Source of the DNA: Patescibacteria group bacterium
Lineage (GTDB): Bacteria; Patescibacteriota; Minisyncoccia; UBA6257; HR35
Reading direction: 5' to 3'
DNA length: 32,000 bases
NCBI GenBank assembly: GCA_030549845.1
Contig: JAUQQN010000005.1
Location: 1,080 to 33,079 of the forward strand
Below the pieces are notes generated by a model. That model did not search any database. It was not told the DNA's origin and saw only the letters and a list, made by a program, of their open reading frames with translations. Made by a program: the position numbers and the translations under genes. This document shows positions 6,278 to 15,969 of this stretch, in pieces (the stretch's first letter is position 1; every line of letters begins with the position of its first letter).

Positions 6278-6508
6278 TTATTTTAATTTTTCAATATCTT
6301 TTAATAATTCGTCTATAGCCTCGACTTGTTTTTGTAAATGTTCTTTCATTTCTTTTAGCCAACCTATATTTATTGGTATAATCTCATCATCTATTTTTTC
6401 TCCTGTTTCTGAATCAAACCTTTTAATTGACATTAAATAAACATCATCTTGTTTTATTAACGATATTAATCCTTTTTGTTTTTTTTCCTTGTATCTTATT
6501 AAATCCAT
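6278..6508 (-). CDS. Hypothetical protein (76 aa)
   Basis: The ORF lies directly downstream of the fibre gene. No family was recognised. Confidence 0.45.
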   Translation of the reverse strand: MDLIRYKEKKQKGLISLIKQDDVYLMSIKRFDSETGEKIDDEIIPINIGWLKEMKEHLQKQVEAIDELLKDIEKLK

Positions 6509-6515
6509 TTTAATT

Positions 6516-6543
6516 ATTATACCACACTTCTACATTTTACCAA
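6516..6543 (-). promoter_or_regulatory. Candidate internal promoter giving a near-leaderless mRNA
   Basis: Read on the minus strand: TTGGTA (complement of 6538-6543), a 16-nt spacer, TGgTATAAT (complement of 6516-6524), then 7 nt to the ATG at 6508. Confidence 0.35.
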
Positions 6544-9332
6544 GTTTGTAAAGGAATTCTTTTCCATGTATTAGTATCAACACAAACATATAAATAATCA
6601 CTATCCCATGCTATATCGCCCTTATTACCAGAAGATCCAGATGTTGGTGGTGTTTTGGTATTTCTTAATCTAATAGTATCTGAATCTATATCTAATTTAG
6701 CCGTTGGGGAAGTTGTCCCAATTCCAACATTACCACTTGTATCAATTGTTAATCTTGAAGATGATGATGTCCTATCTATAATAATAAATTTACCCTGTCC
6801 CTCTGCGGCAGTACCCGCAGACGAAAATAATTCCCAAACCCTACCACCACTTAACGCTGTTGCATCTATAGAAATTTTAGCGCCATATAATCCACTTGGT
6901 CCTTGCTTGACTCGTAAATGTGTATTATCTCCAGCTATGTTTACGCTTTTTTCAATGTGTAGCGGTGAATTAGGTGACGTTGTTCCTACACCAACATAAC
7001 CAGATGGTAAAATAGTAAATACTTCATTCCAATACGATGAGTCATCTGGAGTAGAAATGTTTTGATTAGAAAAATAAAATCTTATACCACTATTATTTGA
7101 ACCTATTTTAATTCTACCATTATTAGCCGATCCTGATGTAGTAAAGGTTAAAATATCCAATCCTTTATTATTTTGACAAGATATAAATCCTGTTTTTTCA
7201 TTACCAACTTGCCATATTGGACCCCTAAAGAATAAACCATCATAAGTTACTCCAGAATTTGTGTTATAAATTCTAAGACTTATATCGCTTCCGTAGATAG
7301 TTAATTTATAATTAGGAGATGTTGTCCCTATTCCTACATTACCAGTTATTGCTGGATATAAATTACTTCCACTTACTACCCACGGATCCTGCGCGCCCAT
7401 AGCATGAATTGCTCTTGATAAAACTTGGAAACCAGCTATTTTAATTTCACTCTGATTTGGTTGAAATTCACTAACAGTTAGTTTTATATAACGAGCCATA
7501 ATCCAGCCAACATGGTGCTTAACTCTTGGATTAGTATTATTAGAAACAGAAACTAAAGTAGTCCAGTTAATATTATCTGTACTATATTCAATTGTATAAC
7601 TTTTTGGTATAAATTGATAGCCATCCTGCCAGTTAGTACCGAATGTTATATATGTTATAGCATCAATATTAGATCCTAAATCTACTGTCATACTAGCGGG
7701 AACACTTGTAACGTGCCACTGAGAACCATTGTTCCTGTAAGTTGGACCACCACCATATAAAACACCAGACGTTATTGTAGCCGATTTCCCCCTAGCAACA
7801 TCCCATAAACCAGATATTTGAACTAAACTATCAGATGTAATAATACCACTAACATCTAATTTGGATTGTGTATTAACTGTTCCTATTCCTATACTACCAT
7901 TAACAATAAGATTATTTGTTACCCTTGTATCTCCATTTACGTCAAGTTTATAAGATGGTGTCGTAGTTCCTATTCCTACATTACCAGTTGATGTAATTCT
8001 TAGTCTTTCGTTTAAACCATTGGAGTCTCGACTAGATATTGATAAAAAGCTGTTTGAAGAACCAGGAGATACGCTATTTCCTCCATATATTAATTCAATA
8101 CGCCCACCCATTCCAGCACCACCCCTATCTTGTGCGCTTAGAATTAATGCAGCCCCAGTAGTTGAGTCGTATCCACTGTACAAATCTAATGACCACGATG
8201 TATCTGACCTCCTTATTCCCCTGTTTGTTGAACCGCTACCCCTAACTATTATTCCGCCACCAATATCTAGTTTTTCTTCTGGTGTTATTACCCCAATACC
8301 AACATTACCATTTCCCAAGATAACCATAGCATCAATTTTATTTGTCCACCCATTTTGTAAATTTGTAATAAAATGATGGGCTATAGAAGTTCCTGTTTTA
8401 TCTGATGAGAGAACTAAGCGTTCATCGTTTGTTGGAATATTACCCCTTACCTGGCTAGCTGATTCCCCGCCACCTATTACTGTAAGACCACCAGAACCAA
8501 GAAATAATGAATTACCACCCTGATCTTCGTCAAAACTCATCCACGTAAAAGCATAATTTGTACCTTGGCTTATTAAATTACCACTATGTCTTATATCTCC
8601 AACAACATGAAGCCTAGAATTTGGTGTGTATGTGCCGATACCAAGTCTTTTATTTGTATTATCCCAAAATAAATTTTCGTTTCCACCTATAGTATTAGAA
8701 GATGTTCCAAATGCAATTTGACCAGAAGAAATTGATCCAATTATTGGCGGAATTTTCCAACTTACATTACCCTGGTCATCAGATGTTAAAACCTTACCAT
8801 TACCAGGATTACCACTTGTTATTTTTAGTTGATTAGAAATTATTAATGGCGATGAAAATATATATTCTCCCGGCGTACTATTTTTACCAAATTCACCACT
8901 AGATACATAATCAGCCTTCACATTAGTTGGTGGAACAATTCCCAAAACCTTAATATTGCTTATTTGAAATTTTAATTTGTCTATCAATTTTTTTATGTTT
9001 TCTATATCTTCTAAAATATCTTTTATTTTTTCATTTGAATCATTTTTTATTTTTTCAATTTCTTCTTGAATAGAAATAAGTAAATTATTTAAGGATAATT
9101 CAAGAGCATTTAATTTTATCTCTAGTTGTTTTTCGCTTTTTTCTTCTTGTTTTTTAAATTTTTCTCTATTTTCTTCAATAAAAACCTTAATAATGTTGTA
9201 AAGATTTTCTAAATCACTTTTTAGTGCCTCGCCATCTTTTATTAATTTATAAACACTGCCCTCATTTTCTTTCAGTTTTTTGTTGAGTTTATTAAATACT
9301 TCTTTTAGTTGATTTACAATAACCTCACTCAT
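6537..9332 (-). CDS. Tail fibre / receptor-binding protein with coiled-coil N-terminus, repeated G-N-V-G-I-G-T motifs and a discoidin (F5/8 type C)-like domain
   Basis: Seven copies of the (G)NVGIGTTxPxxKLxV motif are present. WHVTSVPASMTVDLGSNIDAITYITF...YTIEYSTDNINWTTL...ARYIKLTV fits the discoidin pattern. The C-terminal GDIAWDSDYLYVCVDTNTWKRIPL is a typical fibre end. Confidence 0.7.
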   Translation of the reverse strand: MSEVIVNQLKEVFNKLNKKLKENEGSVYKLIKDGEALKSDLENLYNIIKVFIEENREKFKKQEEKSEKQLEIKLNALELSLNNLLISIQEEIEKIKNDSNEKIKDILEDIENIKKLIDKLKFQISNIKVLGIVPPTNVKADYVSSGEFGKNSTPGEYIFSSPLIISNQLKITSGNPGNGKVLTSDDQGNVSWKIPPIIGSISSGQIAFGTSSNTIGGNENLFWDNTNKRLGIGTYTPNSRLHVVGDIRHSGNLISQGTNYAFTWMSFDEDQGGNSLFLGSGGLTVIGGGESASQVRGNIPTNDERLVLSSDKTGTSIAHHFITNLQNGWTNKIDAMVILGNGNVGIGVITPEEKLDIGGGIIVRGSGSTNRGIRRSDTSWSLDLYSGYDSTTGAALILSAQDRGGAGMGGRIELIYGGNSVSPGSSNSFLSISSRDSNGLNERLRITSTGNVGIGTTTPSYKLDVNGDTRVTNNLIVNGSIGIGTVNTQSKLDVSGIITSDSLVQISGLWDVARGKSATITSGVLYGGGPTYRNNGSQWHVTSVPASMTVDLGSNIDAITYITFGTNWQDGYQFIPKSYTIEYSTDNINWTTLVSVSNNTNPRVKHHVGWIMARYIKLTVSEFQPNQSEIKIAGFQVLSRAIHAMGAQDPWVVSGSNLYPAITGNVGIGTTSPNYKLTIYGSDISLRIYNTNSGVTYDGLFFRGPIWQVGNEKTGFISCQNNKGLDILTFTTSGSANNGRIKIGSNNSGIRFYFSNQNISTPDDSSYWNEVFTILPSGYVGVGTTSPNSPLHIEKSVNIAGDNTHLRVKQGPSGLYGAKISIDATALSGGRVWELFSSAGTAAEGQGKFIIIDRTSSSSRLTIDTSGNVGIGTTSPTAKLDIDSDTIRLRNTKTPPTSGSSGNKGDIAWDSDYLYVCVDTNTWKRIPLQTW

Positions 9333-10842
9333 GATTAAGTTTTGATTGGAATTCTTCTATTAGGCTTTGTATTGATAATATTTCTTTTTCTAATGATTTA
9401 ACCATATAAGAATTTATAAGCATTGATTTTATGGTGTGGTAATCATATAACGGCTTAAATTCAAATTTTTCTTCTAAAATATTTTCAAAAACCCACCCAA
9501 TTCTAGTGGCTATGTTATTTTTATAGCCTTTATCAATTATATCAAAAAAGCTTCTTTTATAAAAATCAACAAATTTAAAGTTAAAATCTATAAGACTGTC
9601 TGCTTTTAAAAAAGCTAATTGCCAATCATCATCTGATCCAGTTACTACAGCTAAATTTTTATCATATCCGCACGATACTAATTTATTACCAACTCTTTTA
9701 ACATCCCAAAGCCAGATGTCTTTATTTTTGATATCTGTTAATATGGTTGAATTTTGTAAGGATAATTTTGCATATTTTTTGTCTGGCAATATGTTAAAAA
9801 TTCTAAAACTTGCCCCAAATTTTAATGGTTTTAATTCATAAAAAGGAACACCATTTTTAATTGCTATAAAATAATCACCAACCCTAGAAAATGTAGATAG
9901 CTTATTAAAAACACTATTCCACCCCTCCCTATTTGGACAAAATTCGCTAAAGTAAAATTTATCTCTTGAGGGAGAATACATTACTCCAATATCCCAAATA
10001 ACAAACTCGTTATCTCCCCTAAGGAACATTTCTTCCATTGGCCTAAAAAACATATCATAAATTCTTTCTGCTTGTTCTTGTTTTTTAATCCAAAAAATAA
10101 CAGATGCCGCATCTCCGGTTTGAAAACCACTATTTGCTGGACCAATTGGTTTAAGTTCTATATCTATGCTCATACCAATTAATTTTCTATCCCTAATAAC
10201 TATTTCTGGGACAAACTCAATTAAATCATCTATTTTCTCTTCTAATATAAATCCACCATCTTCATATAATGTTTTATCTTCTTCTAAAATATTAATCACC
10301 TCGTCTCTTGCAATTAGTGGAATATCTGATAATGGAACAAATGTTTCTGCGTTTATATTTTTACCCTTTACAACCCATACCTTATCCGTATTTTTTAAAA
10401 ATTCTTTTGCTTCTTCTACTTTATTAAACTCATGAATTTCTTGTTTGGCAAATAAATTGTGATTCTTAAAGATGTATTCTTTTGCTATTTCTCTATTTGT
10501 TTCAAACAAAAAATCTTGTTTTGTTGGAAATAGACCGAAATAACCCATTTGTTTTATTTGATTAGCATAAGGATAAAGAAAATTAAAATCACAAAATATT
10601 AAATAATCATCTCTTTTTCTCTCCTTATTTAAAAAATTAATAACATCGTCAATTCTCTTTTTTTCTATTATTCCATCATAAAGCTGTAATCTTCTTTCTT
10701 TTTCCTCGGGAATTTCATCTGGTAAATCTTTTAATTCCTCTACTTGCCCAACTATTACATCCCATCCCTCTTGTTGCAATTTAAGAGCTATTGGCATACC
10801 ATGACCATCATATGTAATTAAGACAAATTTTGGCTTATTCAT
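9325..10842 (-). CDS. PurD (glycinamide ribonucleotide synthetase)-like ATP-grasp protein with an extra C-terminal region
   Basis: Blocks are collinear with remembered E. coli PurD: KFVLITYDGHGMPIALKLQQ (VLVIGNGGREHALAWK), FPTKQDFLFETNREIAKEYIFKNHNL..VWVVKG, GFILEEKIDD..FVPEIV, and FYFSEFCPNREGW (VIEFNCRFGDPE). The gene has 8-nt start/stop overlaps with both neighbours. Confidence 0.5.
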   Translation of the reverse strand: MNKPKFVLITYDGHGMPIALKLQQEGWDVIVGQVEELKDLPDEIPEEKERRLQLYDGIIEKKRIDDVINFLNKERKRDDYLIFCDFNFLYPYANQIKQMGYFGLFPTKQDFLFETNREIAKEYIFKNHNLFAKQEIHEFNKVEEAKEFLKNTDKVWVVKGKNINAETFVPLSDIPLIARDEVINILEEDKTLYEDGGFILEEKIDDLIEFVPEIVIRDRKLIGMSIDIELKPIGPANSGFQTGDAASVIFWIKKQEQAERIYDMFFRPMEEMFLRGDNEFVIWDIGVMYSPSRDKFYFSEFCPNREGWNSVFNKLSTFSRVGDYFIAIKNGVPFYELKPLKFGASFRIFNILPDKKYAKLSLQNSTILTDIKNKDIWLWDVKRVGNKLVSCGYDKNLAVVTGSDDDWQLAFLKADSLIDFNFKFVDFYKRSFFDIIDKGYKNNIATRIGWVFENILEEKFEFKPLYDYHTIKSMLINSYMVKSLEKEILSIQSLIEEFQSKLNHE

Positions 10843-13800
10843 GTTTAATCAAAACCCCCCTTTTTCTTATTTTTTTTATTTCTTTAATAACATCTTTAGT
10901 TAAAATTCCTTCTCTCCTTAAAATTTTAATATATTTTTTGATTTCTTCCTTATTCATTCCCTCTTCTTTTTGCTTATTAATCCAATTATTGATAAAATGA
11001 GCCCTTTCTTCTACTCTCCAATTTTTAATAGATAATGGAATGTCTGGCGGAAAAATTTTTCTTAATCTTCTTCTTTCTAAAATATCCATATAGACTTTTT
11101 TTAATTTTGGATTTTCTTCTAATTTTTCCTTAATTTTTTTAATTCTTTCTTCTTTTGGTATTTCTTTATTTTTTGAATATACAAAAAGAGACATTGCCTC
11201 TGTCTTAAGCGTATTTAATTCCTCTTTTTCTCTAACAGTTCGTGGTATGAGTTCTCCGCGATATTTTTCTCTTCTAGTTTCTTCTAAAACATCTTCATAA
11301 AGTTTTTGTAATTCTGGAACAAATTTACCCGGCTCCCACGGAAGCATCATTTGCCACCATCTTCTATGTGATAAACTTTTTTCTCCTTGTGGAGTTATTT
11401 CTAAAAATGGTTTTGGCATTAATTCTTTTATTTCTTCTGGTGATTTGCCGGTTGCCTCAAGATAAAGTTTATAATAAGCAGAAAATTCTTTCTTAATAGA
11501 ATCTGGAATTGTTTTGCCCGCCCTTCTATAAACTGGATCGAGGACCCTATTTATAGTTCTCCATATACCAGAAAATGGTATAAACTGACTACCAACAAAA
11601 GTAAGTGTTTGTGGTAATGTATAATCAATTTCCCCCCCTAGAGTTTTAAAGAATGAACTTAAACCAGTCAACGATGTTTGTTCGCTAATAAACCTTAAAA
11701 CACCCAATGTTGTCGCTATTATTTGTTGCTCTACTCCCTTGTCTGGATCTACTTTTAACTCCTTTGTTGACCAAGTAACTGCTGCTGGTATTATTAATGG
11801 TAATGCTAATGAACCAAAATACCAAACAGGAACATTTAATTCAATTCCTGGTATACGAATAGAAAATGGTTTATTTCCGGCACTGTACCATATTTCTTTT
11901 TCTTTAGGATCTGATGGGGGTAAAAATGTAGTTCTTCCATTAAAAGCAAACCAAGCACTAATTCCCATTGCCATAGAACCCAATAAAGCCTTGGCATAAC
12001 TTTCTGACGTTTTACTGCTGGCAAAAAGAATATCTGGAGAATATTCAAGTATTAATTTAGCAACATTAATAGGTGTTCTTACAAAAAGAATAAATGGAGA
12101 AAGTGCATAATAAGCGGCCGGCGACTTTTCTTTCATATGACTTTTAAGTTTTAAAAGATTATATCCTAAAATATCAAAAATTTGTGCTAGTGGTCCTAAT
12201 TCTTTTAATCTTTCCCCCTGACCCAATTTTTCTCTATATAAAAATCTTGTGGCAACCTCACCAGCTTTTTCTTCAATTTCTTCTAACAATCGTGGAGTAA
12301 TTTTTTTACCAGCATTTTTATACATATCAATCAGCCTCATTTTTTCTCCTTCCTTAATAAGGGCAGTAAAAAAAATATCGGTAGCCTCTAAAAAGTTAAG
12401 TGGCCATTTAGAAACGCGAGTCAAGAAATCATTTGTTCCAGCATATCTTCCCATTTCAATAATTTTTTCTATTCCCTCTTTAGTCATCGTTTCCAATATT
12501 TTTTCAGACGATGCCCCCCTTTTCATTGCTTCTAAAAAACTATCAAAAGCGAATCCCAGAGAACCAATCATGCTTTTATAATAAGAGGCTACGTTTGATA
12601 ATGTTATCCTTTCTATATCGGGATTTTTTAAAGACCTAAGATAATCAGTTATAATTTGAGTAGTTAGAGTTGCTGGTCTCAAAATAAAAGCCTGAAAAGC
12701 ATTTGAAAAAGCGTTTCTATAAGCACTCCAGGGATTAAATAACACCCCACCAGTTCTTATAATATCAAGTCTTTCTTTAAAAGAAAGGTTTGGTAAATAC
12801 TTTTTAGAAAATTCAAAAATAGTATCGGAGAGATATTTTTCAAATTCTTTATATCCCATTTGCGTTGATTTTTCCATCAAATTTTGTGTAATTTTATCAA
12901 GTTCTTTTATTGCCTCATCAGAAAGTTTAAGTCCGTATTTAGAAGCATAATCCAAAATTTGATTTTTAAAAGCGAATGGCTTTAGTTGTATTTTTACCGC
13001 CTCGGGAATTGCTTTGTAAATTTCTACACCCCTCCCCGCCCTTACCGCCATCATTGTAAGCTTTTCTGCTAATTGTGATGCCCTTATCCATTCCTTATTA
13101 TCAATAAAATGCTTAAATAATTTAATTCCCAACATTTCTAATTCGTCTTGTTCAAATTTTACCCTTTCCCTCGTCGTTTTATTCATAATACTTTTCCACT
13201 CATTCATAATCATTTTATAAAGTTGATCTACGCTTTTAAGGCCAGCTCTTTCTAATTTATTTTCGAGTTGACTCCAAAATTCCACCCTATTTCTTCTTAA
13301 ATATGTTCCACCACTTTCTCCTAAAATTTCTTTTAGGGTTGCTTCATCTATAACTCCTTTTTTTAAAACATTTTGCCATAGAGAAGACATAACCCTTTTT
13401 TCTTTTGGTTGAGAAATAAATCTTGCTATATCATCATTAGGAAAAGAAGTACCTATGGGAGGTTTTTTGGGTGGTTCAGGAGGAGGAACAGAGGGTCGTG
13501 TTGGTATTTTTTCTACCACTTCTTTTGCTTTAAAACCGCTCCTTAATATTCTCAAAACATCTTTTGATTTTTTAGCCTCAGCAATTTGAGGGGCAATTTT
13601 TTCTATAACTTCATCTGACAATTGGGGCACCTCTCTTTTAAGCACATCCTTAATGATATTTTCATTGGTTTCTTTTGCCAAAGTTTTAAGAACTGATTTA
13701 GAAACTAAAGATTTACCCGGCCAAATAGGAACTAAATCTAGTGCAAAAAACGCTAACCCACCCAAACCACCCACACCCGAGCTAATGTCTGTTGGTATTT

Positions 13801-14125
13801 TTATTCCATACCACTCTTCTAATTTTTTTGATGCCCCAACTCCAATTTCTTTTCCCCCTTTAAAATAGTAAGATGCTGGTGCGATTGGTTCTTTTCCAAA
13901 TATAATTTCTCCAATCTTTCCAAGTTTTTCTGTGCTTGCTGGCTCCCCAGTTAACCTTCCTTTTGTTATAAAATCACCGATATCTAACGCTAGACCAACT
14001 ACCGCCCTGGGAAAAGATCTTATTGCATCGACAATTAAATTTTTTCCAAATTTAATACCTTCTTTTACGTACTTAAATAAGGTTTTTTGCTCCTCTTTAT
14101 TTTTTTGATTTTTTTCCTCTTCCAT
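10835..14125 (-). CDS. Large (1096 aa) virion-associated protein with hydrophobic segments; possible ejection/internal protein
   Basis: The call rests on size, position between the LysM protein and the fibre region, and several hydrophobic stretches (GVGGLGGLAFFALDLVPIW, LLGSMAMGISAWFAF, VWYFGSLALPLIIPAAV). No family was recognised. Confidence 0.3.
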   Translation of the reverse strand: MEEEKNQKNKEEQKTLFKYVKEGIKFGKNLIVDAIRSFPRAVVGLALDIGDFITKGRLTGEPASTEKLGKIGEIIFGKEPIAPASYYFKGGKEIGVGASKKLEEWYGIKIPTDISSGVGGLGGLAFFALDLVPIWPGKSLVSKSVLKTLAKETNENIIKDVLKREVPQLSDEVIEKIAPQIAEAKKSKDVLRILRSGFKAKEVVEKIPTRPSVPPPEPPKKPPIGTSFPNDDIARFISQPKEKRVMSSLWQNVLKKGVIDEATLKEILGESGGTYLRRNRVEFWSQLENKLERAGLKSVDQLYKMIMNEWKSIMNKTTRERVKFEQDELEMLGIKLFKHFIDNKEWIRASQLAEKLTMMAVRAGRGVEIYKAIPEAVKIQLKPFAFKNQILDYASKYGLKLSDEAIKELDKITQNLMEKSTQMGYKEFEKYLSDTIFEFSKKYLPNLSFKERLDIIRTGGVLFNPWSAYRNAFSNAFQAFILRPATLTTQIITDYLRSLKNPDIERITLSNVASYYKSMIGSLGFAFDSFLEAMKRGASSEKILETMTKEGIEKIIEMGRYAGTNDFLTRVSKWPLNFLEATDIFFTALIKEGEKMRLIDMYKNAGKKITPRLLEEIEEKAGEVATRFLYREKLGQGERLKELGPLAQIFDILGYNLLKLKSHMKEKSPAAYYALSPFILFVRTPINVAKLILEYSPDILFASSKTSESYAKALLGSMAMGISAWFAFNGRTTFLPPSDPKEKEIWYSAGNKPFSIRIPGIELNVPVWYFGSLALPLIIPAAVTWSTKELKVDPDKGVEQQIIATTLGVLRFISEQTSLTGLSSFFKTLGGEIDYTLPQTLTFVGSQFIPFSGIWRTINRVLDPVYRRAGKTIPDSIKKEFSAYYKLYLEATGKSPEEIKELMPKPFLEITPQGEKSLSHRRWWQMMLPWEPGKFVPELQKLYEDVLEETRREKYRGELIPRTVREKEELNTLKTEAMSLFVYSKNKEIPKEERIKKIKEKLEENPKLKKVYMDILERRRLRKIFPPDIPLSIKNWRVEERAHFINNWINKQKEEGMNKEEIKKYIKILRREGILTKDVIKEIKKIRKRGVLIKHE

Positions 14126-14126
14126 A

Positions 14127-15965
14127 TTATTCTTCTATAATGTCCTCCTCAATCTCTTGTTGTTTCAGTTTTAGTTTTTCTCTTTCTATCTGTAATCGTT
14201 CTTCTTGCATTCTTTGTTGAGATATACTTCTTTGTATATCATTAATAATTTTTTGTTTTTCTATTTCTTCTCTTTCTCTTAAAATTCTCGCTGTTCTAAG
14301 AAGGGCGGCTATTTCTTCTGGGGTAACATCAGCGTAAAGCATACTACCAGGATTGGCAAAATTAGATAAAACATCTAAAGAAAGTTCTAAAATGGTGCCG
14401 TCTTTAACATAATTCATTAATTTAGTCCTATTTTTGTTTATTAAGTCTTTATAAAAGTCGTATCCCCACTGTAGGGCCTCTAAATTAAATCTGGAAATCT
14501 TTGATTTAATATCCAAAATTCTATCAAAATAATCGTTTAGTTGCTTTCTATCCATTTCTATATACTTTAGGGTTTTATCTATCATTTTTTCTTTTAATTC
14601 AACTAAATCAACGAGTGCTTCTAATTCGTCTCTCAACATCGAGGTTCTAAAATTAACAATAGCTTCAATTTGACTTTCTGTTACTATTCCGCCACTAGCA
14701 ATTGCTTCTCTTACAACATCATCTCTTGTTTTTTTTATAATTTTCTGTAAGTCAAAAATTCGTTGATAATCCTCACTTATTCCTGATTGTTCCAATAATC
14801 TTTGGTATTGCTCTTGATAATTAAGTGGCCCAATATTCTCTATTCTTTGAAGAATTTCCTGAAGAGAAGAAATTTGATCTTGAAATGTTTTTAAAAATAG
14901 ATTAGAAAATACGGATTCTGGTATTATTCCTGTTTTTAATTGATCTAAGGTTTGTGATATTTGTTGGTTAATTTGCTGAAGAGGTTTACCGCTAATACCA
15001 AATAATTGTTTTCTTATTTGATCTTCTGTTGTTGGTTCGCTTACTTTAAGGGGAATTCTTATTTGTTCTCCAGCAATTATTAAATCTGGACTTTTTATTG
15101 CAAGTTTATTGTCTTCATTAATTCTTAAAATTTCATCAACGGTAACACCATACTTTTTTGCTATTTTTGATAAGTTTTCTCCTGGTTGAATAAGATGGAA
15201 AAAAATAGGGGTTGATCCTCCTAATGGATCTTTATAAACCTCTATAGAAGTACCGGGTGGTGCATTTGTTTGTAATTGTTGGTTTTTTAAGAATGGTTCT
15301 AATTCTGAAAGAAATGCGGCCAATCCATCTCTTGTTAAACTAGGAAGTGTTGTTGGGGATGGTGTTGTTGGTGGTAATTTTTGTAGTGGTGATTGTTTAG
15401 TTGATGATGTACCATAATTACCCACAACAACGCCACCAACAATTTTTGTTGGTTGAGTAGATGCTGTTTGTGACAATTTTAGGAGTTGTTTAGCAACATC
15501 TTCTTTTTTTGTTGTTGGAGGCGTTGTCGCCCCACCAATTTTAGATATATTCTCTAATAGAGCTTGTTGAAGAAGAACATTTTGCTGTGGTGGAATATAT
15601 GGAGAATATTGACCAACTAATAATTGTGGCTGAAAAGATGTTTGTTGTGGTGGAGTATATGGAGAATATTGTCCACCAGTAATTTTTATTTGTTGTGATG
15701 ATGTTTGTGGTATAGATTGATAGACTGACATTCTTAATGTTTGTTGTGGATTTAGGCTTCTAATAACATCTGACCAATACATTAAATTTGCCCGAGAGAC
15801 GGCCTCTTTTAAAAAACCACCAATTAAATTTTGAATAGACTGAATAATACTTTGAGATTGAGTAGCGATCGACGGCGTTGTTACCGATTTTTGTGGAATA
15901 TTTACAGAAGTTGTTGTTTTAGATGTGGGTTGTGGTTGTGGTTTTATTTGTGGATTTATGGCCAT
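14127..15965 (-). CDS. LysM-domain protein with P/Q/T-rich N-terminus and coiled-coil C-terminus
   Basis: HLIQPGENLSKIAKKYGVTVDEILRINEDN..IIAGEQIRIP is a LysM motif. The N-terminal 220 aa are low-complexity P/Q/S/T with a duplicated GQYSPY(T/I)PPQQ unit. Confidence 0.65.
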   Translation of the reverse strand: MAINPQIKPQPQPTSKTTTSVNIPQKSVTTPSIATQSQSIIQSIQNLIGGFLKEAVSRANLMYWSDVIRSLNPQQTLRMSVYQSIPQTSSQQIKITGGQYSPYTPPQQTSFQPQLLVGQYSPYIPPQQNVLLQQALLENISKIGGATTPPTTKKEDVAKQLLKLSQTASTQPTKIVGGVVVGNYGTSSTKQSPLQKLPPTTPSPTTLPSLTRDGLAAFLSELEPFLKNQQLQTNAPPGTSIEVYKDPLGGSTPIFFHLIQPGENLSKIAKKYGVTVDEILRINEDNKLAIKSPDLIIAGEQIRIPLKVSEPTTEDQIRKQLFGISGKPLQQINQQISQTLDQLKTGIIPESVFSNLFLKTFQDQISSLQEILQRIENIGPLNYQEQYQRLLEQSGISEDYQRIFDLQKIIKKTRDDVVREAIASGGIVTESQIEAIVNFRTSMLRDELEALVDLVELKEKMIDKTLKYIEMDRKQLNDYFDRILDIKSKISRFNLEALQWGYDFYKDLINKNRTKLMNYVKDGTILELSLDVLSNFANPGSMLYADVTPEEIAALLRTARILREREEIEKQKIINDIQRSISQQRMQEERLQIEREKLKLKQQEIEEDIIEE

Positions 15966-15969
15966 GATT

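Noticed and set aside
6655-8376. Plus-strand ORFs 6655..6999 and 8020..8376 inside the fibre gene
   Set aside because: They are shadow frames of a 931-aa gene with strong repeat and domain signals. The same reasoning applies to 10166..10435, 11739..11999, 12249..12581, 13653..13868, 16581..16835, 20396..20578, 22724..23083, 24352..25071, 26831..27022, 29563..30216, 3133..3390, 3619..3828, 4986..5270, 5882..6115 and 2029..2340.
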